A stretch of DNA of 63,825 nt, counting the filler, from Saprolegnia diclina VS20 (Eukaryota): the NCBI RefSeq assembly GCF_000281045.1. It is 15 parts of 4 records of this genome, joined end to end, with 100 filler letters (N's around TTAATTAATTAA, not from the genome) between each part and the next. Parts side by side here need not be neighbours in the genome. Positions count along the whole stretch, not along the records: positions 15,859 to 34,777 come from NW_008246161.1; positions 34,878 to 37,386 come from NW_008246161.1; positions 37,487 to 40,308 come from NW_008246161.1; positions 40,409 to 41,946 come from NW_008246161.1; positions 42,047 to 43,578 come from NW_008246161.1; positions 43,679 to 44,882 come from NW_008246161.1; 9 more parts are not named here. One strand, written 5' to 3'. The notes under the pieces were generated by a model that saw only the letters and a program-made list of their open reading frames with translations, did not search any database and had not been told where the DNA came from. This document shows positions 33,519 to 44,982 of this stretch, one piece after another; position 1 is the stretch's first letter; each line of letters starts with the position of its first letter. The translations under genes were made by a program, and so were the position numbers.

Positions 33519-34355
33519 TTATCCCTGCCGCTTAAGCATCATCTCCAGTTCGAGCTTCCGCGTCTCTAATTCTGCTAAGTGCAGCTGGTACCGACGCTCC
33601 TCACGACGCTCGACGGCCTTTCGCTCGGCGCGTGCTTCCTCACGCTCTTCGCGACGCCGTCGCTCATCGTCCTCTCGTTGGCGCTGGCGCTCTTCTCGAA
33701 GGTCGTTGCGTTCCCGTCGGCGCTCGGCTAAGTCTGCCTCAAAATGGAGGCGCTGGAGCTTGAGCGATTCGGCTTGGAACTCCTTGGCGTTGTCGGACTC
33801 ACGCTTCAAGAACTCGAGCACACCCGTGTCGGCGTTTCGTCGTGCGGGAGGATCCTCGGCCTTGCGCTTGGTGCACGTCGTCATGGCACGGTCGCGAACG
33901 AGTTGGCCGGCGGTCTCGGACTCGTTGTTCTTGGCCTTCTTTTCTTCGATAAGCTCTGCCGCCTTGGCCTTTGCTTCCGCGTATTGCTGGGTCAGGTCGT
34001 CAAGTAGCATGATCTTCTCCGTTTCGTCCTCGTCCACACCCGACTTCGCAGCAGACCCTTTGTTGAATGCTTTGTGGGCTTCGAGGAGGGCGCTGAAGCG
34101 GTTCTGGATCTTCTTGGCATCGACTTCGCGAGTAAACTCCTCGCATGACATGAGCGTATTAGCTACCTTTGCCCATGCCATACGAAGCCGGCCGTGATGT
34201 TGGGCGAACGGGCGGTCGGCTGAGATCTGTCGCAGTAACATGACGTCCTCTTCGTCGTTCCAGTTGCGCCGCCTTGTTGTCTCCGTCGTGCCCGAGTCAT
34301 TTGTCTCCGTCGTGCCCGCGTCTGTTGTCTCCGCCGTGCCCGCGTCAGATGACAT
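33519..34355 (-). CDS. Harbinger accessory Myb/SANT-like DNA-binding protein with coiled-coil tail
   Basis: WNDEEDVMLLRQI...AWAKVA...IQNRF Myb/SANT pattern; R/E-rich coiled coil; three 8-aa TDAGTTET-like repeats at the N-terminus. Confidence 0.88.
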   Translation of the reverse strand: MSSDAGTAETTDAGTTETNDSGTTETTRRRNWNDEEDVMLLRQISADRPFAQHHGRLRMAWAKVANTLMSCEEFTREVDAKKIQNRFSALLEAHKAFNKGSAAKSGVDEDETEKIMLLDDLTQQYAEAKAKAAELIEEKKAKNNESETAGQLVRDRAMTTCTKRKAEDPPARRNADTGVLEFLKRESDNAKEFQAESLKLQRLHFEADLAERRRERNDLREERQRQREDDERRRREEREEARAERKAVERREERRYQLHLAELETRKLELEMMLKRQG

Positions 34356-34877
34356 CGTGAAATGACCGCGCGCGCAATTAAATAAAACAAGCTCAAAACT
34401 GAATAAAAATACTTCGTAAAAAGGCGTCGAAAGTGTTTGCTGGCTACGGCAGCAATGACCGAAGAATTATTTGCTGCGGCATCGGATTTGCATGATCGAA
34501 TGTCACAGGTGTGCCGCACACGCATTATTTCTCGGAAGTTTTTTTTCTGGCAGCGGCACGGCACTTTTGCAAAATCTCTCTAATTTCCTGTAGAGGCCGC
34601 CAAACTCAATTGAGCCCGTTTTGAGCTCCGCGGGCCGCGCCGACCGTGAGGCGTGATTTCGATTGCTCTACTAGTATTTAACTTGAGTTTTGCACGGCCT
34701 ACACAGCGTCACAACGTATACCTAGTAAGTGTTTTTCTTATGTACACTTGTGACTTCTAAGCGCCAAAAGATCTCACNNNNNNNNNNNNNNNNNNNNNNN
34801 NNNNNNNNNNNNNNNNNNNNNTTAATTAATTAANNNNNNNNNNNNNNNNNNNNNNNNNNNNNNNNNNNNNNNNNNNN

Positions 34878-37276
34878 GGCTCGACGCTGCTGCACGCGGC
34901 CGCTCTCAGTGGGAAGAAGAATGTCCTCGACCAAGTGCTATCGCTTTGCAGCGACGTGGAGGCCTGTGATGAGGTAACTTGATTGTCAGTAGAGAATATC
35001 GTCTATAGCCTATGTTCAATAAACCTAGAGGGGACACACGCCGCTGCACGTCGCGGCGGCCAAGGGTCATGCGAGCGTCGTCGAGTACCTCGTTGACGCC
35101 AAGGCCAACACCTTTGCGACGACAACGGTACGGTTAATACTACTACATGCGACGATACCTCTACCGTGACAATATCTCTAGACTGGCGACACGCCACTGA
35201 CACTGGCAACGCACCCACGCGTTCTAGCCGCCTTGAAGAATGCAGAAAATGAGGCCAAAAATGAGGTAATCACGATGCCTCGATGGACTTGATTGGTCCA
35301 TACTCACCATTTTTGTCATTTGACGGCTAGCTTGTCGACGCTGTGAGCACGCAACAGTACGATCGGGTGCTAACGCTTCTTGCCAATGGCTTGAGCCCCA
35401 ACACCACAAACAAGGTTCGAGTTTTCTAGTTGTATAGTAGACGCTAAGAACATATTGCTAGGCGGGCGACTCGCTCTTGCATCTTGCGGTGCAGGGCAAC
35501 GACCACGCTTTCTTGACGGCACTTGTGCGGACGCCAGGTCTGCAGATGGAGATCCGCAATGCGGTACATTGACTTCATCCGAGATATCGATGACCTCCGT
35601 CTCGGCAGGCGGGCGTGACGCCAATGACACTGGCGATCCAAGCCGGGAATCGCCGCTTGACAAGCCTTTTACATGCTGCTTCGCATGCGTTGAAGCCCGA
35701 GGTACACTCAAACCCTCGATCGCAATGACAAGGATGTGTGAACTCTCAAATCAGGTGTCGTCGGACGCCTACACCATGGACGTCGATGCGCCGCTCGGTG
35801 TTGGCGGCTATGGCGCCGTGTACAAAGGCACGTACAACGGTCGCTCGGTTGCCATCAAGACAGCAGTTGGGCCCGACGGTGCGGCGACTCTTCTCGACGA
35901 GACAAAGACGATGCTCCTGTACGTCATTTTTCATTTTCATTTTCTCATTTCTTATTTTCAACCTGTTATTGTGGACTAGGTGTCGCTCGCCCTATGTGCT
36001 GGAGCTTCTCGCAGTCACCAAGGCCCCAAATCCCAAGCTCATTCTCGAGTACATGGACGCGGGCGATCTGCGCAGCTACCTCGACGCCAAGCGCCTCAAT
36101 CAACCGACCAAGGTGGATGTCTCATCATTAGAGGTTGCGTGGGTCGTTGCCAATGCCCTCGCCGACCTACACCACGACGGTCTCCTCCACCGCGACATCA
36201 AGAGCCCGAACGTACTCCTCTGCTCTCAAAACTACATCAAGCTCGCCGACCTCGGGATCGCGCGCGAGTACGAGTCAAATATGACCATGGGCATTGGGAC
36301 ACTGCGGTGGATGGCCCCCGAGCTCCTGAATCCACAGCAACGTTACAACTCGGCGGCCGACATGTATGCGTTTGGCGTGCTCTTGACCGAGCTCGACTCA
36401 CTGGCCGTGCCCTTTGCGAACGAGACGTCGGTGCCTACGATCATGCGCAAGCTCGGCGACGGTGCGCTCACGCCCGAGTTCACGCCGTCCTGTCCGACTT
36501 GGCTCAAGGACCTTGCGACCGCATGTGTCTCTTTCGATCCGAAAATGCGTCCGACAGCGCAAGAGGTCATCCACGACCTCCGCAAGCAGCTCGTTGGGCA
36601 ACCGAGCCAACCCACGACGACTGCCATCATGAACATACCAGAGACATCGCTGTCGATCCTCCCCAGTGCGCCAGCAGCAGAAATGGCGCGGGTGTGACCC
36701 GCCTCGTAGTAAGGGATTCTTATAGATCGATCTAGGCAATGCCTCTCCGCGAAGAAGTTGAGCCGGAGGATATGCCGTCGAGTCTCGTCGCGCAATTTTC
36801 ATTCAATCCACGCCACTTGACGACGTCGTCATCTTGGTCCTCAAAAGGCGAGCCGACGCCCGAGCCGCCCCACGCCAACGCTTCGCCAATGGTATCCGGC
36901 AACACCGAGGTACCTACATGTACTAGCCTGGCAGTGTGCTAATCGACGGTGTTGATGATGCTAGATGAACTCGCTTGGGGTGACAAGTCTTGTCTGCCAG
37001 CTCTGCAACACGACCAACAGTCTTCTCGACGAGACGTGCGCGGATTGCGCCGAGTCGCTGCCGCCCGCTCCGTTCAAACTCAAAATTCTCGTGCGCCGCC
37101 TGGCCACGCACAGCGTACATCACATTGCCACCACGATTGCGTGCTTTACGTGCAGCGACGTTTCTCCGATGACGCGCGCCGCGTGCGACTGCGGCGAAGA
37201 GTTTCCTCCTGACGCTGCCAAACTCCACATGCTCTTCAAGCGCATCGAGCTCGCAGGCAGCAACTCGACGCCATAA
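34878..37276 (+). CDS. Multi-exon ankyrin-repeat + TKL kinase + tandem Cys zinc-ribbon protein (5' end lost in gap)
   Basis: Exons GSTLLHAA.., GHTPLHVAA.., TGDTPL.., AGDSLLHLAV.., AGVTPMTLA.. splice into the kinase (LGVGGYGAVYKG, VAIK, HRDIKSPN, DLG, WMAPE; intron 35919..35979). The last exon has two CxxC..C(xx)C-type units. Confidence 0.85.
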
Positions 37277-37486
37277 GAATGCAACCGAGTCGTTATAGAG
37301 GATGATGTTCCGTCTCGTCTTTTATTTGTGATCCCCACCTCCTGAACGGTACTCGCCGAGTGCGCTTCGAAGCTTACTTACGAATGNNNNNNNNNNNNNN
37401 NNNNNNNNNNNNNNNNNNNNNNNNNNNNNNTTAATTAATTAANNNNNNNNNNNNNNNNNNNNNNNNNNNNNNNNNNNNNNNNNNNN

Positions 37487-40144
37487 ACGAAAATTCTCGG
37501 AATATTCCTTAGCCTTTGGACATACAGTGGATCAAAATGCCGCGCACGCTCGCGGGCGAAGAAGGCCACGTCCAAGTCCAAGAGCTTTTGCGCAAGCACC
37601 CAGAAACGATCCAGGTACGTTGTACAAAGTCGATATGATGCTTGATACACTTGATGCGTAGCTTGTCAAGGCTCTGCGCGAAAAGCGCATTCGGGACGCC
37701 AGCACGCTCCTCGAGCAAGAGAAGATCAACGTCAACCATTATGAGCCGGTGCATATGCTTCGAAGGGCTGCGCTTTTGTAAAAGTCATTTTTTGTAGGAT
37801 GGAACGACGTTGCTGCATCTCGTACTAGCGACGCAGGATCTCAAACTGCTTGCAACCATGCTTGAAAACCCCAACCTTGCGATCGACGCCACCGACTCGG
37901 TACACGAAATACTTCCATTCGATCCCTTTTGACGAAGCGAATTAGAGTGGGAGGACAGCGCTTGCCATCGCACTTGCTACAGGCAACTTCGAGGCAACCT
38001 ACGCGCTCCTTCAGTCAAACGCGCGGCTTGACGCTGTGGACACGGTGCACTTTTTCAATTCTCTTCTGCGATTTCCAACGACATCATAGGCCATCGTGAC
38101 AGCTATCTTGCGCCACGCAGCGTCGACCAACGACACAGAGATGGTGGCAGCGCTACTAAAGCACGGCGTGCGCCCTGCGGCAACCAACGAGGTACACTCT
38201 GCGTCTCGTCGTCGGATGCTCACCTCTGTGCTGTAGAAAGGCGAGACGGCGCTGCACTTTGCGGCTGCGAACGGCCACACTGCGATCGTTCAAACGCTGC
38301 TCGAGAACGACAAGTCTCTGCTTGGTCGTTGCGACCAGGTACACTGAAACACACACGACGCAGCCATACATTTCATGCGATACAGAAGGACGTCGCCGTG
38401 AAGGGCCACAGCTGCATCAACGCCACCAACCAAGTACGTTTCTACACACTTTGCCTATCATCATATATGCAAGCAACCTTCATGTTTGGTGTAGGCCGGC
38501 GAATCCCCCCTTTTTGTTGCTACTGCCAATGGCCACATCGACGTTGTCAAGGCACTCGTACAAGCTAAGGCCAAGACCCACCATCTTTCCAATGTACTCT
38601 GAATGGCCTCTTTGGATCTCAAAATGAGCTACCATGACTGTAGGATGGCTCGACGCTGCTGCACGCTGCTGCCATCGGTGGCAACCCACGCGTTCTTGAG
38701 TACATCCTCCCACTCTGCTGCGACTTGGAGGCATGCGACGAGGTATGACACATTGCCAATCGTACAACGTGTAGTCACATCGTTCGTAATAGATGAAGCG
38801 CACGCCGCTGTACGTGGCGGCCGAGAAGGGTCATACCAGCGCCGTCAACACCCTTTTCGACAGCGGTGCCAGCGTCTTCGCCATCAAAAAGGTTGAACCT
38901 GACTACATGGTCCGAGTACTCTCTTCATACACTCTGGACTAGGGCGACAAGACAACCGTTTTTATGGTGGCCAGCAACCACGGGCCGGTCGTCAAGGCGC
39001 TTCTCAAGAAGCTTCTGCCGATGCCGACGACAAGCGGCATGTCGTACAAGGCCTTGACGCTGCATAGAGCGAACCTCGTGGCGGCCAAGGCGCACCTTGC
39101 CCTGCGCAACACAGTAAACTAGGATCCAGTCTCCTCGCTTACCTTCAGGAATGCAATGATGTAGAAGCTGCAGACAGCCGTGGACGTAGCCTCGGGCGCC
39201 GTCCGCGATCAATTGCTCGCCGCAAACACGTTCGTCGAGGCCGAGCTCCATCGTCTTGAGCAAGCGACCCAGAGAGAGGTAGTGATATCGAATTTGCAAC
39301 GCAATGTGTCATGTGGCGCAGGAAGCCGCTTTGGCCGCTGCAATCACGGCGCGCGACTGGACGACCACTTTGGCGCTTTTGGGTGAAGGCGTCTCGGCCA
39401 TGGCGAGCCAAGATCAAGTATACCTCCTTAACTAAACCAGCATATCTCATGTACGATGTAGGAAGCGCTCGTCGCCGCCGTCACGGACACAGGCAACCGA
39501 GAGCTCCTGCGCGCGCTGCTCTCGATGGCGGTCGACGCCAACCAGCTGGAATCGGTCGACTGCCTTCTCCTACGTGGTTGCTGACTGTTCATTTGTCATG
39601 TAGGTGCTTCAGCAAGCACTCGCTGGCGCAGTTGCCAACAACAAGGTGCTTCTCGTGATGGACGTTCTGCACACGTTTGCAAACACAGTGCATGTGACGA
39701 CGACGGTGCTCTATTCTGGATTTGCTCTCTGTTGCTATCGTTTAATCGTAGAGTGGTCCGTCGCCACTGCACATTGCTGCAAACACCGGGTCGGTGGTGC
39801 TGCTCAGCATGCTTCTGGCCTGCCCTACCCTGAATATCGACGCTGTCAACGAGGTCCGGTCTTTTACTACAGTAGTGTCCACTATACTCGGTATATGTTC
39901 ATAGGAAGGCTACACGGCGCTTGCATTGGCCGTGCAAACCAACCAAGTCGACGCTGCATTGGTGCTCCGTAGCGTCGGCGCGAATGTCTCGATTTTGCTA
40001 CCGGTCTTTTAGTGTAATATGGTGAATCGCTCTGACGTTACACTGTAGGATGGCTCCTCGGTGCTCCACGTTGCTGCCAAGCTCTTTAACGACGCCGACT
40101 TGACGCTGCTGCACGGAATTACAGGACGGAACACAGTGCAATAG
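37487..40144 (+). CDS. Multi-exon ankyrin-repeat gene, paralogous to the 34878 gene but without a visible kinase (possibly truncated/pseudogene)
   Basis: Many short exons (DGTTLLHL, GETALHFAAANGH, DGSTLLHAAAIGG..CDLEACDE, EGYTALALAV, DGSSVLHVAAK) separated by GT-AG introns; in-frame TAG at 40142. Confidence 0.7.
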
Positions 40145-40851
40145 CCAAACCTTTGACAAAACGGCACAAAATGACAAATTTGAGTGCAATGGTGTGACGA
40201 ATTGCATGTGTCGAATCACATAAGCTCGGGTGTCGTGGGTGGCATGGTGTACTGGCGTTGGAAGAGCTGTGGCAGCACTGTGTAGTCGCCACAGACCTTT
40301 ACAGTGTTNNNNNNNNNNNNNNNNNNNNNNNNNNNNNNNNNNNNNNNNNNNNTTAATTAATTAANNNNNNNNNNNNNNNNNNNNNNNNNNNNNNNNNNNN
40401 NNNNNNNNTTCACGCGATAGCTCGATTGGTATCCTTGTCAGGGGTGCACGCATGATACGAACCGAATCGGCCATTGTCGCTGGCTGTGAAAGCGGCTCGT
40501 TCCTGTCGCGCGATTCTGGTTTCCCACAGTCAAGGCCAACCAAGACCATTAAATGCTGCCCCATCGTTCTTCAAGCGACTCAATCCTTCCATGGCCACTT
40601 GGAGACTTCCATTTCCCTGCACGCTAGTTCTCAATAAACTATCGCCTGCTCTCGACGGCCCGAGTGCAGGTGGAGTTTGTGACCCTATGTTACCAGCCGT
40701 CGTCGTCAAGCGTTATTAGTTAGTTCTCTACTAGTGAATGCGGTTCTCACAGACGTCCTATTGACAACTACAATGCGTCGTCGTTGCTGCAACAAGTCCC
40801 ACAAGCAAAGGCCCAGTTTCCATGAGTTTACGATTGGCGCTTCTTATAGTT

Positions 40852-43200
40852 TTAGAGGTGGCCACCACTTGGACGCCGACACATGCTCGTCGTCATGTAC
40901 GGCTCGAAGAACTCGTGAATAACCGGGTCGAGCGTCGTTTCAATGTAATCGTGAATTGCGCACTCGCGTGGCGACCGGTAGAGTTCGATGGCACGTAGCA
41001 AGGTGTCACATTGCTTTGTCGATGTCATGGTCGACGACTGGAGCTCGTAAGCGCGCTGCAGTAGCTGGATAAACTGTATGCGCTCCGAGCGTCGCTGCTG
41101 AACTGCCGAGAGAACATCCATCTTGGCGACACCGTCTGACAATGATGGCACCTTGTCTGGAACAACGTCGACGTTGTTTGGTTGAGAGGGTATCGGCGCT
41201 TTGGAGAGGGTGGTCTGCCGCACAGTCTCTTCTGCAGGCACGGGTTCGGTCGTATCAATGGCTTGCTCAATACCAGCAGTCAAGAGTCCCACTTTTGTGC
41301 GATGGCGCACGAACAGTTGTTGTGGTCCACTTCCGTTTCCGTCAGGCGACTCCGTCGATGCCACGCGTTTGGCCCCGCAGTCGTGGTGAGGCCCGTCAAT
41401 GGTGAGTTTGGTTTGGCTTTTACTCGGCACTAGCGTGTCGGCAACATCGCACGGCATAAGCTGGACGAGTCGCCGAGACGATCCGGTTGGAAGTGGATGC
41501 ACCGCGTGGAGGCCGCGGGCAATGCTGGCCGCCCGCACAAAACTCGGTTTCTTGGTTGAAGGCGACCCGCGTTGGGGCCCCGAGAATGGCAGAGACTGGG
41601 GCCCAGCAGCAATGGTATTTTCTTCTGTAATCGGGTAGGCGTCCAGTGGCTTTGCTTTTGGCAAAGTGCGGTGGGACCTGGATTGATGGATCGCGCTTGA
41701 TAGCGTTCGCTGCAAGCTGCGAAAACGCGCGATTGGCTTGGGCGGTGTCGGCTGGATCTCAAAGAGGTACGTATACACGCGCTCGAGACAGTCGCTGATC
41801 CGGAACACGTGCGGCCATGCCGACAACGCCACCTCGACGCTCTCGATCGCTGCTGGCGTCCAGCGTCGCGGCGGGGCCCGCGTCGTCTTGACACTCTCCA
41901 CAATCAGCGCCAGTATCGAGGCACACTTGGTCACCGTCGATCGACTNNNNNNNNNNNNNNNNNNNNNNNNNNNNNNNNNNNNNNNNNNNNTTAATTAATT
42001 AANNNNNNNNNNNNNNNNNNNNNNNNNNNNNNNNNNNNNNNNNNNNAACTGGTAGCTCGGCTCGAGGCGAAAGTCGACGGTCGTCGCCCGCGGCTCGACG
42101 TGCATTTTATGGTGTAGCGCACCGCAGTAAAAGAGCACAAACGATACAAGTCCGAGCGCCTGTACACATTAACGTCCATAAAACCAGTACAACATGTGGT
42201 ACGAACACGACTACCCAAAAGTAGCCAAAGTGGTCGACGCAGTCGCAGACAATCCCACCCGGCAACGCGACGTGCTTGGCGTCCGTGGGGCACGTGCCGA
42301 GCCGCAGAAACGTCGCAACCATTGGAATGTAAAACAGATCCAACGCCAACGGGTGCACAAAGCGCTCAAGAAATATGTGACCTAGTCCAACCACCCTCTG
42401 TAAATGATCGTTCAAGCAGCTGTAAACGTACATGACGGGAACGGATGAAGCACCAGCATGACGGTACCACTGGAAAAGGCCAGGACCACGTTACCAGCCT
42501 GCACATGATACATAAAGCACGATGTTGAATCATGCACCAAACCTCGCCGGCCCACGGAATGCTGGAATCGATCGTCTCGAGTGCATGTAGATGGCCCGTG
42601 ATGCGAAATGCGAGCTCGAGCGGCGCAAGGAGAAACTCGGCGGCTTCCACCCACATGGCCAAGAGTCGCACAGCGCGCTGGAATCGCTGCTGCCGCACCG
42701 ACCGGTACTTGCGCTGGGAGAGAGCGATGGCGATGCCTACAAAGCCGCATCGTTCATACACTTACAAGACATGCGGAAGCCCGCACCTTGCGTGATGGGA
42801 TCGTGGACACGGGCAGCGTCGCTTCGAAACACACCGTGGAGCGCGGCGTGGCGCCGGAGCATGCCAACGCCGAGTAGCACCCAGAGGCACCAGCAGAGCA
42901 GAATGGGGGCGAGGCGTAGCCAGCCGTAGCCGCAATCATCCCAGTGCTGCACTGCACACGCGACCGTGTCATTCGCTTCGTCATCGGCAAAGCAGCGCGG
43001 GGACATTACCAACAAGCGTATAAATGGTGAACGCGGTGTGTCACGTGACTCCAGAAACCGTTTGGCGCCAAAAATACATGACCGTCAACTGGATTACGGA
43101 GAGCACGTGCTGCGAGCCGGTACTTGTGCCCACAGGCCACGTGATCGTAGCATCAAGTAATTGTTTACGTGAGTTTGGCGCCATGACGACTAGACTATTC
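40852..43200 (-). CDS. Unknown polytopic membrane protein, paralog A (gap-interrupted, multi-exon)
   Basis: Segments shared with the 44983..48331 gene: YGWLRLAP, QRKYRS.RQQRFQRAVRLLAMW, DLFYIPMVATFLRLGTCP, TKCASI.ALIVES, ECAIHDY.ET.LDP. Start approximate. Confidence 0.7.
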
Positions 43201-44982
43201 ATGCGAATCGACCGACTTCTCCTTTCCCGTGACGTCGCTTGGTGGTGAGGTGCACGTACAACAAGTACTGTACAGCCGTAGACCTATGATTGCTGCCAGT
43301 ACTGCCCGGTACCATTTCCCAAGGGGCATTTTGCGCCTGCAACAAGTCGAAATGGTCGTTTAAAGTACGCAGCTCAGGGAAACCAACGACTGGTAGAGCT
43401 CACCCTTCTAGTTTCGATCGTCGCCAAGCAACCCGGCACGCCTCACCCGAGGCGCAGCGGTAAATGCCTCAAAACCTGTGGTCGGGTAGCCTGAACGAGA
43501 TGGCAATTGGCCAATCTCGGTATGCAGTAGCCATGCAATAATATCCCAAACTCGTTTGTGCTTTGAATCGGTGCACAANNNNNNNNNNNNNNNNNNNNNN
43601 NNNNNNNNNNNNNNNNNNNNNNTTAATTAATTAANNNNNNNNNNNNNNNNNNNNNNNNNNNNNNNNNNNNNNNNNNNNTAGAAAAGCACTCACTTTTCAC
43701 ATGACTTGTTCGCTCAGGGCGATTTCACAATGGCGAGCTTGCTCAGGGGGCAATGGGCGTAATGCCTTCATTAGGAGGAGTTCCGAGTAACCTGTGAGAC
43801 GGGCAACAGCCAATCAGAGGCCAGGAAAAAAAATGCATCCCGTCTCGTGCGCATGGTCAAGGGATATAATAACTAAGGGTGGTCGTCGACCCGAATTTCA
43901 AGATATTTTTATTCGAAATGCCAGATCCAAGGTCCAGGTAGCTTGTTGTCAATTCCAAGGTGTTTGTATTCCACCGGGTGAGAGATTGGAAACCGCCGGA
44001 TACCATCCGGACATGGATGCTGCGGGATGCGCATCACGACGCGGACATGGAGATGCGAGATGCAGCGCGAGATGAGCGATCAACGGTTGACTTGCGAGCG
44101 ATAGACCGACGTACCGGTGCGCATGTACTAAGAAGGATAATCGGTCGATTAGTAGGTCGAGGCTAATCTACTTGGCGTTGCGCTTGGCGTAGGGTGATAT
44201 GATAAAAGCGTGCTGGAAACGGCCTCGCTTCCGCACACGAGTTCGATGCGATATCCCTGGATATCCCTGAAACCTTTTGAACAGCAGACACTTGTCACTT
44301 TGATTAAGCTCGTGTCAAAATCTTGGCGCTGGGGTCGAGTGGGCGAGTACTCAAATCGATATCCGCAGAAGCTCACTCTGGGACCATCGGTTTTGGCAAT
44401 TCGATCCAACATTTATCCCAAACTACTTATCATAGCGCTACGCGTCGTAGCTTGTTCGATGCGCAATGATCTTGCACATCGTAGCGCACTATCGGCGCTG
44501 GGCAGTGACCTTTTCTACAGGAGATATACCCTTGGACCCGGGCGCTCGTTGTCCGTGCGGCCGTCCATCATTTTATTCAAAAGTCATTATTCTCTAAAAA
44601 ATGAGCCAAATATTTTTATTTGAAAAACCTCCGACAAGGTATGGAAAAGGTAAGCTTACCATGGAAATGAGCTATCATTTAAAAAACCCGTCGATGACCA
44701 CCCTTTGTTATTATATCCCTTGGCATGGTTGTCGGCCGACCTCCAGGACGTCAGCTCGCACCAATTCATCCCGTCTCGTGATTACGCGATTTGATTGGGC
44801 AAATCGTTGGATGGAGACACGGAGCAAAAGTCGCCTTTGCAGTTGACATTTTCGATAGCAATGGCCACAAAACTCGAGCAACNNNNNNNNNNNNNNNNNN
44901 NNNNNNNNNNNNNNNNNNNNNNNNNNTTAATTAATTAANNNNNNNNNNNNNNNNNNNNNNNNNNNNNNNNNNNNNNNNNNNN

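Larger units (their letters stand above)
32122..34581. mobile_element. Apparently intact two-gene PIF/Harbinger-superfamily DNA transposon, 2460 bp
   Basis: About 35-bp imperfect TIRs AGAGAGATTTTGCAAA..GTGYCGTRCCGYTGCCA at 32122-32156 and 34548-34581; AAT duplicated at 32119-32121 and 34582-34584; convergent transposase and Myb-like ORFs. Confidence 0.92.

Noticed and set aside
35725..35753. ATG start for a stand-alone kinase
   Set aside because: Lies inside a GT-AG intron linking upstream ankyrin exons to the kinase.
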